Notes: a model not told the origin generated them from the letters alone. A stretch of 10,485 nucleotides of DNA from Gemmatimonadaceae bacterium (GCA_040902005.1 JBBDYA010000132.1:1-10485), one strand, 5' to 3'. Positions 1-7,910 are shown, counted from the stretch's first letter. A program made the numbers and translations.

Positions 1-15
1 CCCCCCCCCCCCCCC
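1..15. repeat. C15 homopolymer (followed by A-CCCC)
   Basis: Read directly; may extend beyond the window and may be a sequencing or assembly artefact. Confidence 0.7.
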
Positions 16-37
16 ACCCCGAAGTCCGGAGCCCCAC

Positions 38-454
38 GTGAGCCGCTGGCCGCTGCTGCTCCTGGCCTGCATCTTCGTCCCAGCCGCGCGGGCGCAGGAG
101 CCCGCGCCGGCGCGGACGACGAAGGATGGCGTGTACAGCCGCGCGCAGTGGCTTCGCGGCCAGGATCTGTACGCGGGCAATTGCCGCAGCTGCCACACGC
201 CGGAGTCGCACGCGGGGGCGATGTTCAACGTCACATGGAACGGGCGTACGCTCTCCGAGCTGTACGCGTACATTCGCGGGAACATGCCAAAAGCCGATCC
301 GGGGAGCATGACGTCGCAGGAGTACGCCGACGTGCTGGCGTACATCCTCCGGCTGAACCGGATGCCCGCGGGGCAGGACGACCTTCCCACCGATTCAACC
401 GCGCTGCACACGATCCGCTTCGTTACCACGATCCCCGTGAGGAAAGATCCATGA
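38..454 (+). CDS. Exported monoheme c-type cytochrome (class I, probable His/Met ligation), 138 aa
   Basis: GTG start with GGAG at 28-31; Sec-type signal peptide (MSRWPLLLLACIFVPAARA); one CxxCH motif (CRSCH); downstream NMP motif as likely axial Met; C-terminal helix YADVLAYIL typical of class I cytochromes c. Confidence 0.93.
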   Translation: MSRWPLLLLACIFVPAARAQEPAPARTTKDGVYSRAQWLRGQDLYAGNCRSCHTPESHAGAMFNVTWNGRTLSELYAYIRGNMPKADPGSMTSQEYADVLAYILRLNRMPAGQDDLPTDSTALHTIRFVTTIPVRKDP

Positions 455-2616
455 GAACTCTGCTGCTGGCCGGAATCGCGCTGGTCCTCGTCGCCGCACA
501 ACCGCAGGCGCAGGGCGCGCGGCAAACCGTCCGCGGCAACGTGCCCGGAGAGTGGCGCTACTGGGGCGGAGACGCGTGGAGCTCGCGCTATTCGTCGCTC
601 GACCAGATCAACGCGTCCAATTTCGATTCCCTGGAGATCGCCTGGCAGTGGAGCGCGGCGCCGTTCGGCGCCGACGAGTACTACCGCACCACGCCCCTGT
701 ACGCGAACGGACGGCTCTTCACCGTGGCGACGACGCGGCGCGTGGCGATGGCGATCGATCCGGAGAAGGGTGAGACACTATGGATGTGGCGGCTGGACGA
801 GGGAATTCGCTGGCAGAAGGCGCCGCGCCAGTTCGCGGGACGCGGGCTGTCGTACTGGACGGATGGCGGCGCCGAGCGCGTCGTGTTCGTCACGCCGGGC
901 TACCATATGGCCTCGCTCGACGCAAAGACCGGAATCCCCGATCCCAACTTCGGAAAGGGCGGCGTAGTGGACCTGATGGAGGGTCTCGGCTTTCCACTCG
1001 TGCGCCTTGCCGTGGACGATTCCGGGCCGATCCAGTTCAGCGACGTGTATCCCGCGCGCGCGGCGCGCCCCGGCGAGCGTTGGGATCCCGTGAAGAAAAT
1101 CGGCGCGGACGGCACCGTTGGCATCGATCCCGTGCACGGACAGATCGCCAACAGCTCGCCCGCGATCATCGTCGGCGACGTGATCGTCGTGGGCAACTCG
1201 GCCATCCACGGCTACTACCCGGTGCGCGTGCGCAACCTGCCGGGCTACATCCGCGGCTTCGACATCCGGACGGGGAGGCAACTGTGGGTGTTCAACCTGG
1301 TGCCACAGCCCGGTGAGTTCGGCGCGGAAACTTGGGAAAGCGGCTCGAAGATCGGCACGGAGGGGGTGGGGAAGAACGACGCGTGGGCCACCTATTCCGC
1401 CGATCCGGAGCTCGGGCTCGTGTACATCCCGGTGGGCATGCCGCTGATGGACGAATACGGCGGCCACCGGCCGGGCGCGAACCTGTATGGCAACAGCATC
1501 GTCGCGATCGACGTGAAGACCGGGCAGCGGAAGTGGCACTTCCAGATGGTGCACCACGATATCTGGGACTACGACACGCCCATGGCGCCGAACCTGATGG
1601 ACATCACGGTGAACGGCCGCCTGCGCAGGGCCATCGCGCAGCCCACGAAGCAGGGGTGGCTGTACACCTTCGATCGCGCGACCGGTGAGCCGATCTGGCC
1701 CATCGTCGAGCGTCCGGTACTCCAGAGCGAGGTGCCCGGAGAGAAGAGCTGGGCCACGCAGCCGATTCCCACGAAGCCGGCGCCATACGCGCAGCAGGGG
1801 CTCCAGGAGCAGGACGTCATCGATTACACGCGGGCGATCAGGGATTCCGCGCTCAAGATCGCGCGCCAATGCCGGATGGGGCCGTACTACATCCCGCCGT
1901 CACCCGCCGATGGCACGGGGCGCTATCGCTGCTCGTGGTACGCGCCGGGCGCGTCCGGCGGCGTGAACATCGACGGCGGCGCATCGTGGGACCCGGAGAC
2001 CGGCATGCTGTACGTCGCGTCGCTCTCGGGGCTGAGCACCGCGCAGGTGCAGAAGGACCCGTGCTCCGAGTTCCGCTACAGCTCGCCGCGTGACAACTGC
2101 GGCAAGATCGGCGCGCTCGATCCGCCGCCGGGATACTCGGCGCGCACGGACAATCCCATGGACAGCTTCTCCGGGCGCGCCGCATTCGCGCGCATCGGCG
2201 GCATCTCGATCCTCAAGCCCAAGGAGATGGGCGGCATCACGGCGTACGACATGAACAGCGGCGACAAGAAGTGGTGGAGCTCCAACGGCGGCTATCTCCC
2301 CACGCCGAAGATCGACACCGGGCTGTTCGCCGGCGTGACGCTGTTGCCTCAGCCCGCGGGGGGCCAGGCGCAGATCCTGACCACGAGAACGCTGATGATC
2401 CATGGCACGGGGCGCAGCGGCGGCGTGGGCGGCAACGCGCAGGCACGACTCTTCGCGCTGGACAAGGCCACCGGGAAGCCGGTGGGCGCCCTTCGCATTC
2501 CCTCACGCACCACCGCGGTGCCGATGACATTCCTGCACAACGGGAAGCAGTACATCGTGTTCGCCACCGGTCAGGGCGCCAGCACGTCGCTCGTGGCGCT
2601 CGCCCTGCCGAGGTGA
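451..2616 (+). CDS. Exported PQQ-dependent dehydrogenase (glucose/quinate/shikimate-type beta-propeller without the N-terminal membrane domain), 721 aa
   Basis: True start is ATG 451 rather than 148: GAGG at 439-442, ATGA overlap with the cytochrome c stop, and a signal peptide MRTLLLAGIALVLVAA. Family motifs: EWRYWGGD..SRYSSLDQINASN..L.IAWQW, TTPL, AIDPEKGETLW, RGLSYW, SSPAIIVGD, GFDIRTGRQLW, SADPELGLVYIP, NLYGNSIVAIDVKTGQRKWHFQMVHHDIWDYD, PMTFLHNGKQYIV. No vicinal Cys-Cys of methanol/alcohol dehydrogenases. Confidence 0.93.
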   Translation: MRTLLLAGIALVLVAAQPQAQGARQTVRGNVPGEWRYWGGDAWSSRYSSLDQINASNFDSLEIAWQWSAAPFGADEYYRTTPLYANGRLFTVATTRRVAMAIDPEKGETLWMWRLDEGIRWQKAPRQFAGRGLSYWTDGGAERVVFVTPGYHMASLDAKTGIPDPNFGKGGVVDLMEGLGFPLVRLAVDDSGPIQFSDVYPARAARPGERWDPVKKIGADGTVGIDPVHGQIANSSPAIIVGDVIVVGNSAIHGYYPVRVRNLPGYIRGFDIRTGRQLWVFNLVPQPGEFGAETWESGSKIGTEGVGKNDAWATYSADPELGLVYIPVGMPLMDEYGGHRPGANLYGNSIVAIDVKTGQRKWHFQMVHHDIWDYDTPMAPNLMDITVNGRLRRAIAQPTKQGWLYTFDRATGEPIWPIVERPVLQSEVPGEKSWATQPIPTKPAPYAQQGLQEQDVIDYTRAIRDSALKIARQCRMGPYYIPPSPADGTGRYRCSWYAPGASGGVNIDGGASWDPETGMLYVASLSGLSTAQVQKDPCSEFRYSSPRDNCGKIGALDPPPGYSARTDNPMDSFSGRAAFARIGGISILKPKEMGGITAYDMNSGDKKWWSSNGGYLPTPKIDTGLFAGVTLLPQPAGGQAQILTTRTLMIHGTGRSGGVGGNAQARLFALDKATGKPVGALRIPSRTTAVPMTFLHNGKQYIVFATGQGASTSLVALALPR

Positions 2617-2620
2617 CCCG

Positions 2621-2646
2621 ACGACCTCAGCTCCAGCTGAGGTCGT
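2621..2646. terminator. Perfect 12-bp inverted repeat at the convergent gene junction; candidate bidirectional terminator or RNA-stabilising hairpin
   Basis: ACGACCTCAGCT (2621-2632), CC, AGCTGAGGTCGT (2635-2646); starts 4 nt after the PQQ-DH stop and overlaps the iorB-like stop. No clear U-tract, so the function is inferred. Confidence 0.5.
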
Positions 2647-4858
2647 GGTTGCTCAGGGGAAGTGAACGGATGCGCTTCCCCGTGGCCGCGAAGATCGCGT
2701 TGCACAGCGCTGGCGGCGCCGGTGGCAGCGCGGGCTCCCCGAGTCCCGTGGGCGGAAAATCCGTGATCCGCCAGTGTACCTCGATCTCCGGCGGGACTTC
2801 GCGCATGCGCAGGATCGGATAGTCGTCGAAGTTGCCCTGCACCACGCGGCCGTTCTGGATCGTGATCTCCTGGCTGATCGCCTCGGCCAGGCCGTCGATC
2901 ACCGACCCCTGCACTTGGTTCTCCGCGTTGCTCGGGTTGATGATCTGGCTGCCCACGTCGCCGGCCACCCACACCTTGTCCACCGTGAGCGCGCCCTGGC
3001 GGCTCACTGTGGCCTGCACCACCTCCGCGAAGTAGCCGCGGTGGCTCCAGTAGAACGCCACGCCCATCCCCGTGCCCTTCGGCAAGGACCTTGACCGGCG
3101 AGCCCAGTCGGATTTTTCGGCGACCAGCTCCACCACGCCGCGCATCCGCTCGCCGCTGTACGCCTGCGCCGGGTTGTCGCCGATTGGCGGAACGGACAGC
3201 AGGTCGATCCGGAACTGCATCGGATCCCGTCCCGCGGCGTGCGCCAGTTCGTCGAGCCACGACTGGAACGCGAACGCGATGCCGTTGCTGCCGGGCGCGC
3301 GCAGCCAGCCCGTGGGCACGCCGAGGGGCATGTACGAGGCGCCGAGCGAGAAGTTGGGGACGAACCGGCCGGGGAACTCGAGCTGTGGAATGTCCGCCGC
3401 GCGAACGCCGCGCTCCGCCTCCTGCCCGTTCTGCTGCCGGAACTTTTCGCCGAAGCTGATGAAGTGGCTCTTCATGGCCACGAGCCGTCCGTTCGCGTCC
3501 AGCCCGCCCGCGAAGTAGTGCCATCCCGCCGGACGATAGAAGTCATGGCGGATATCGTCCTCGCGCGACCAGACGAGCTTCACCGGCGCGCCCGCTTCTC
3601 TCGCGATCCAGGCCGCTTCGGCCATGAAGTCGTTCAACAGGCGCCGGCCGAACCCGCCGCCGCTGCGCGCCATGTGCACGGTGATGTCCGTCTCGGGAAT
3701 GCCGAGGGTCTGCGCCACGAGCCGCCGGCCGTTCGCCGGCGTCTGCGACTGCGACCAGATCTCCAGCTTGCCGTTGACGAAGTGCGCGGTCGTGTTCATC
3801 GGTTCCAGCGCCGCGTGCGCCAGGAACGGGTAGTAGTACTCAGCGCGGAGCGTCTTCGCGGCAGACGCGAGCGCGGCATCCGCGTCGCCGTCGTTGCGCA
3901 GCGGGCGCGTGGGCGGTTGCTGCGACAGCTCGGCCGCGCGACGCGCGAAGCCGGCGCTGCTCTGCTGCGCCGTGGCACCCTCGTTCCAGACCACCTGGAG
4001 CCTCTCGCGCGCCTTTTGCGCCGCCCACCAGTTGTCGGCCACGATGGCAACGCCGCCGAGCAGCCCCTCCAGGGCATCCCCGCCATCCACGACGAACGCG
4101 CGCCGCACGCCGGGCTGGGCCCGCACCTCGTCCAGGTTGGCGCTCACCACCTTGCCGCCGAACACCGGACATTTCTCGAACACCGCGTACAGCATTCCCG
4201 GGACGGTGACGTCGATGCCGAAGATCGGCTTCCCGGTGACGATGGCGAGGTTATCCACGCTCGGCTGACGCGTGCCGATGATCCTGAAGTCCTTCGGTTC
4301 CTTGAGCTTCACGGTGGCCAGATCCGGCGCCGGGACCGTTGCCGCCCTGTCGAGCAGCTGGGCGTACGGCAGGTGCCGCCGGCGGGCGTGATCGTGCACG
4401 GCGCCGTCGCGGGTGGTGAGTTCCGATTCCGGAACGCCCCAGGTCCGTGCCGCCGCGGTGACGAGCATCGCGCGCGCGGCCGCGCCCACTCTGCGCATCG
4501 GCAACCAGTTGGCGGGCGTCGCGTTGCTGCCGCCGGCGGACTGTCCCTGGTACTTCGTGGTGTCCAGCATCGACTGTTCCACGCGCACCTGCTTCCACTC
4601 CACGTCCAGCTCGTCCGCGATCAGCATCGGGAGCATCGTCTTCACCCCCTGTCCGATCTCCGGATTCTTCGCCACGATGGTGACGATGCCGTCCGGCGTC
4701 ATGCGGATGAACGCGTTCGGCACGAAATCCGTCGCGCCCGGCGACAGGATTCCGGCCGCGGACTCCAGCGCGTCGATGTGCGTGGCGAACAGCAGCCCGC
4801 CGCCTACTATGGAGGTCACCCGGAGAAAGTCCCGGCGGGTACTCGTTGTCGTAGTCAT
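2627..4858 (-). CDS. iorB: Xanthine dehydrogenase-family molybdopterin-binding subunit, isoquinoline 1-oxidoreductase beta-like, Tat-exported, 743 aa
   Basis: Twin-arginine signal TRRDFLR; motifs [71 protein letters not shown] (catalytic Glu) and [23 protein letters not shown] upstream. The symbol denotes the family; the substrate is unknown. Confidence 0.93.
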   Translation of the reverse strand: MTTTTSTRRDFLRVTSIVGGGLLFATHIDALESAAGILSPGATDFVPNAFIRMTPDGIVTIVAKNPEIGQGVKTMLPMLIADELDVEWKQVRVEQSMLDTTKYQGQSAGGSNATPANWLPMRRVGAAARAMLVTAAARTWGVPESELTTRDGAVHDHARRRHLPYAQLLDRAATVPAPDLATVKLKEPKDFRIIGTRQPSVDNLAIVTGKPIFGIDVTVPGMLYAVFEKCPVFGGKVVSANLDEVRAQPGVRRAFVVDGGDALEGLLGGVAIVADNWWAAQKARERLQVVWNEGATAQQSSAGFARRAAELSQQPPTRPLRNDGDADAALASAAKTLRAEYYYPFLAHAALEPMNTTAHFVNGKLEIWSQSQTPANGRRLVAQTLGIPETDITVHMARSGGGFGRRLLNDFMAEAAWIAREAGAPVKLVWSREDDIRHDFYRPAGWHYFAGGLDANGRLVAMKSHFISFGEKFRQQNGQEAERGVRAADIPQLEFPGRFVPNFSLGASYMPLGVPTGWLRAPGSNGIAFAFQSWLDELAHAAGRDPMQFRIDLLSVPPIGDNPAQAYSGERMRGVVELVAEKSDWARRSRSLPKGTGMGVAFYWSHRGYFAEVVQATVSRQGALTVDKVWVAGDVGSQIINPSNAENQVQGSVIDGLAEAISQEITIQNGRVVQGNFDDYPILRMREVPPEIEVHWRITDFPPTGLGEPALPPAPPALCNAIFAATGKRIRSLPLSNHDLSWS

Positions 4859-4861
4859 GGC

Positions 4862-5353
4862 CTATTCCTCCCGCCCGCCGGGCGTTGCCGCGCCGGCCTG
4901 CGTCGTGACGCCCGCCGCGACCTGGATCGCTTCACGGATGCGCAGATACGTGGCGCACCGGCAGATGTTGCCGTTCATCGCCGTGTCGATCTGCGCGACC
5001 GAGGGCTTGGGATTCCGCTCGAGCAGCGCGGCCGCGGACATGAGCTGTCCGGCCTGGCAGTACCCGCACTGCGGAACGTCCAGCGCCTGCCACGCCTTCT
5101 GGAGCGCGTGCGTGCCGTCCGGCGACAGCCCCTCCACCGTGCGGACTTCGGCGTTCGCCACGGTGCTCACCGCGCGCCGGCAGGAGCGCGAGGGCGTGCC
5201 GTTGACGTGCACCGTGCATGCGCCGCACTGCGCGATGCCGCAGCCGAACTTCGTCCCCTTGAGGTCGAGCACGTCGCGCAGCACCCAGAGGAGTGGCATG
5301 TCCGGAGCGACATCCACCGTTTTCGTCTCGCCATTCACCTTGAACGTGATCAT
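4862..5353 (-). CDS. iorA: (2Fe-2S)-binding small subunit, isoquinoline 1-oxidoreductase alpha/CoxS-like, 163 aa
   Basis: GTKFGCGIAQCGACTVH...SC and QCGYCQ...NICRCATY, the two [2Fe-2S] ligand sets; SD GAGG; ATGA overlap with the upstream NHL gene; 3 nt gap to iorB. Confidence 0.95.
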   Translation of the reverse strand: MITFKVNGETKTVDVAPDMPLLWVLRDVLDLKGTKFGCGIAQCGACTVHVNGTPSRSCRRAVSTVANAEVRTVEGLSPDGTHALQKAWQALDVPQCGYCQAGQLMSAAALLERNPKPSVAQIDTAMNGNICRCATYLRIREAIQVAAGVTTQAGAATPGGREE

Positions 5354-6405
5354 GGTTTCCTCACATAGCGCATGAAGGCGCGCGGGCCCACTTCCGCGCC
5401 GTACACGTTGCCGCGGGCGTCCACGGCCACGCCCTCCGCCGCGCTCGTGCTCGGCGGATTTGCGGCAGGATCAGGGATGAACGCCGTGAGCGTGCCGTCC
5501 CGGGCGCTGCCGATGCGGATGCCACGCTTCCATTCGGGACGCGACGGCGCCACCGATCCGGATTCCGAATCGGCGACGTAGATCATGTCGTTCGCGTCGA
5601 TGTAGATGCCGCTCGGCCGGCTGAACTGGTACCACTCGGCCAGCAGGTTGAAGTCCTGGTCGAGCACCAGGATCCGATTGTTGCTGCGGTCGCCGATGAA
5701 CAGGCGGCCGCGCGAATCCATCGCCAGCGCGTGCGGCTGGAGCAGCTGGCCCGTCCCAGGGCCGCGATGCCCCCAGGCGCGCAGGAATTTGCCCGATCGA
5801 TCGAACTTGAGGATGCGCGCGTTCGCGGTCGGCGCATCCGAGTGTCCCTCGGTCACGTACACGTCACCATTCGGCGCCGTCGTGACCGCATTGGGCTGCC
5901 AGAAGTAGGCGGGCTCTCGCGCGCCTCCCGGCCTGCCGAGTGCGAGGAGCAGCGTGCCATCGGGGCTGAACTTCAGCACCTGGTGCCCCTTCGTGGTGTC
6001 GCGAACGGCGCCGTTCTGCGCGCCGCGGGGGCTGGACCAGTCGGTGACCCAGACGTTCCCATCGCGGTCCACGTGCAACCCATGCGGCACCTGGACCATC
6101 CCGGCGCCGAACGAGTGCACCAGGGTTCCGCTGGCGTCGAACTTCAGCACCGGATTCAGCGTGGAACCGATGCACGAATTCGCGCCGCACCGCTCCGCGA
6201 CCCAGACGCTGACACCGTCCTTGTCGATGCCGACGGCGCTGTTGGAGCCCCACGTGCGTCCTTCCGGCATCTTCGCCCAGCCGGCGACGGTCTCGTAAGT
6301 GTTGGGGGCGCTGTTCGTGGGCTGAACCGGCGCGGGTGGCTGCTGCGCGGCGAGCGATCCGGCCAGGGCGAGCAGGGCAAACGTGCGGGGGAGCATGTCT
6401 GGCAT
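5350..6405 (-). CDS. Secreted NHL-repeat beta-propeller, peptidyl-alpha-hydroxyglycine alpha-amidating lyase (PAL)-like, about 351 aa
   Basis: Start at ATG 6405 (alternative 6396), followed by signal peptide MLPRTFALLALAGSLAAQ; NHL repeats VPHGLHVDRDGNVWVTD, QPNAVTTAPNGDVYVTEG, QPHALAMDSRGRLFIGDRSNNRI, RPSGIYIDANDMIYVAD, AEGVAVDARGNVYGAE. The ORF-track extension to 7050 overlaps cls and looks spurious. Confidence 0.88.
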   Translation of the reverse strand: MPDMLPRTFALLALAGSLAAQQPPAPVQPTNSAPNTYETVAGWAKMPEGRTWGSNSAVGIDKDGVSVWVAERCGANSCIGSTLNPVLKFDASGTLVHSFGAGMVQVPHGLHVDRDGNVWVTDWSSPRGAQNGAVRDTTKGHQVLKFSPDGTLLLALGRPGGAREPAYFWQPNAVTTAPNGDVYVTEGHSDAPTANARILKFDRSGKFLRAWGHRGPGTGQLLQPHALAMDSRGRLFIGDRSNNRILVLDQDFNLLAEWYQFSRPSGIYIDANDMIYVADSESGSVAPSRPEWKRGIRIGSARDGTLTAFIPDPAANPPSTSAAEGVAVDARGNVYGAEVGPRAFMRYVRKP

Positions 6406-6412
6406 ACGTACA

Positions 6413-6441
6413 AGACTGCAACCGCGTTCACCCCTTTGCAA
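6413..6441 (-). promoter_or_regulatory. Candidate sigma70-type leaderless promoter for NHL-iorA-iorB, overlapped by an 8-bp direct repeat
   Basis: Minus strand TTGCAA (6441-6436), 17 nt, CAGTCT (6418-6413), 7 nt, ATG 6405; no SD; CGGTTGCA occurs twice with a 20-bp period. Confidence 0.4.
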
Positions 6442-6451
6442 CCGATCCGTG

Positions 6452-6461
6452 CCCCCCCCCC
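6452..6461. repeat. C10 homopolymer, intergenic between cls and the NHL gene
   Basis: Read directly. Confidence 0.8.
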
Positions 6462-6473
6462 GCTGCGGGCTGA

Positions 6474-7910
6474 CTATAGATAGGGCGTCAACAGCCGGGC
6501 GAGTCCGTCCCGCACGCGAGCAGGAAATGGACGCCCATCCGCGTCCGCCAGCGTGAACGGCTGGCTTTGCGCGATGCGACTGCCGATCAGGTCGTCCATC
6601 GAGCCCGCGAATCCCTCGTCGTAGCACTCCACGTCCAGCTCGAAGTTCAGTCGCAGGCTGCGCGAGTCCCAGTTGGTGGTGCCGATCAGGGCCCACGAGC
6701 GGTCCACGACGAACAGCTTGGCGTGATCGAACGGCGGCGGCGACAGGTACACGCGACAGCCGGGGCGCAGCACCTGCCAGACCAGCGCGCGCGACGCCCA
6801 CTGTGCCGGCGGGATGTTGCCTTTGGATGGCAGCACGATCTCCACACGCACCCCGCGCAGCGCCGCGATGGACAGCGCCGAGAGCAGCGAGGTGTCCGGC
6901 ACGAAGTACGGCGTGGTGATCCGGATGGATTCCCGCGCGGACGAGATGGCGCCGAGCAGCACGTTGCGCATGATCTCGAAGTCCAGGTCCGGCCCCGCGG
7001 TGATCGCGCGCGCCGAGATCGACCCGGCCCGCTCGGGCTCCGCATACCATGCCGGCCCGTCGAGCGTTTCCCTGGTCACGAACGTCCAGTCTTCCATGAA
7101 CGCGTCCTGCAACTGGCGCACGATGGGACCGCGAATGCGGAAGTGCACGTCCCGCACCGGGTTCTTCGGCCCGTCGCCGATCACGTGGTTTGCCCGGATG
7201 TTCATCCCGCCGGCGAACGCGATCCGGCCGTCAGCGACCAGCAGCTTGCGATGGTTGCGCAGGTTGAAGAACGCCATCAGCGATTTCGAGATGAGCGGCA
7301 GGAAGCGGCGCACGGGCACGCCCGCGCGCCTCAGCGCCCAGTGCACCGGAGGAAAGCCGTATCGCAGTCCCACGTCGTCGAGGAGCACCCGCACCTGAAC
7401 GCCGCGCTGCACGGCGCGCGCGAGCGCCTCGACGAACTGCTTGCCCATCCGGTCGTCCGCGAAGATGTAGGTGCAGAGCGAGACGGACCGTGACGCGCCG
7501 TCGATGGCGGCGAGCATGGCGGGATACGCCTCGTCGCCGTTCATCAGCGCCTCCATGCTGTTGCCGCCCACCAGCGGCCGGCCGCTGAGGGTGGCGCCGA
7601 TCCGCGCGATGCCGGCGAGCCGGGGACGCACGCTCCCCGTCACCCACTCGGGCGCGTCGTGCTGGGTGATCCCGGACAGGATGCGACGACGCTCGCGCTG
7701 GATCTCCATCGCGTGCCGCCGTATGCGATTGAGCCCGAACAGGAGGTAGAGCAGCGCGCCGACGAACGGCACCAGCCAGATCAGCCCCACCCACGCGATC
7801 GCCGCGCGCGAGTCGCGTTTGCGCAACACGACGTGGAGCGTGACAGCCACGTCCAGCAGGAACACGAACGCGGCCAGCCAGGGCTGCCAGCCTGCGGGGA
7901 GAAAGCTCAT
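6474..7910 (-). CDS. cls: Cardiolipin synthase (phospholipase D family, ClsA-like architecture), 478 aa
   Basis: Two N-terminal TM helices (PLDc_N: AAIAWVGLIWLVPFVGALLYLLFG) and two HKD motifs, NLRNHRKLLVADGRIAFAGGMN and HAKLFVVDRSWALIGTTNWDSRSLRLNFE; also TPYFVPD. Confidence 0.95.
   Translation of the reverse strand: MSFLPAGWQPWLAAFVFLLDVAVTLHVVLRKRDSRAAIAWVGLIWLVPFVGALLYLLFGLNRIRRHAMEIQRERRRILSGITQHDAPEWVTGSVRPRLAGIARIGATLSGRPLVGGNSMEALMNGDEAYPAMLAAIDGASRSVSLCTYIFADDRMGKQFVEALARAVQRGVQVRVLLDDVGLRYGFPPVHWALRRAGVPVRRFLPLISKSLMAFFNLRNHRKLLVADGRIAFAGGMNIRANHVIGDGPKNPVRDVHFRIRGPIVRQLQDAFMEDWTFVTRETLDGPAWYAEPERAGSISARAITAGPDLDFEIMRNVLLGAISSARESIRITTPYFVPDTSLLSALSIAALRGVRVEIVLPSKGNIPPAQWASRALVWQVLRPGCRVYLSPPPFDHAKLFVVDRSWALIGTTNWDSRSLRLNFELDVECYDEGFAGSMDDLIGSRIAQSQPFTLADADGRPFPARVRDGLARLLTPYL

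Noticed and set aside
148..450. 101-codon N-terminal extension of the PQQ-DH, or a frameshift fusion of cytochrome c and PQQ-DH
   Set aside because: The extension is Arg-rich off-frame sequence inside the cytochrome c gene; ATG 451 has its own SD, ATGA coupling and signal peptide, and I see no slippery site.
451..2616. Methanol/alcohol dehydrogenase (xoxF, mxaF, exaA) assignment
   Set aside because: No vicinal Cys-Cys, and the motifs match the glucose/quinate dehydrogenase branch.
2627..5353. CO dehydrogenase or true xanthine dehydrogenase
   Set aside because: No AYxCSFR loop, no FAD subunit, and an IorB-type layout with a Tat signal.
3239..5368. 709-aa + strand ORF and other long antisense ORFs (778-1869, 6567-7493, 8012-9133)
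   Set aside because: These are shadow ORFs opposite real genes, expected in high-GC DNA; they are Arg/Gly/His-rich with no recognisable motifs.
6437..6454. Sigma54-like promoter GGGCACG-GATCGG-TTGCA on the - strand
   Set aside because: The spacer is 6 nt rather than the strictly required 4, and the GG comes from the homopolymer.
6406..7050. N-terminal extension of the NHL ORF to 566 aa
   Set aside because: It overlaps cls out of frame; the signal peptide begins at 6405/6396.
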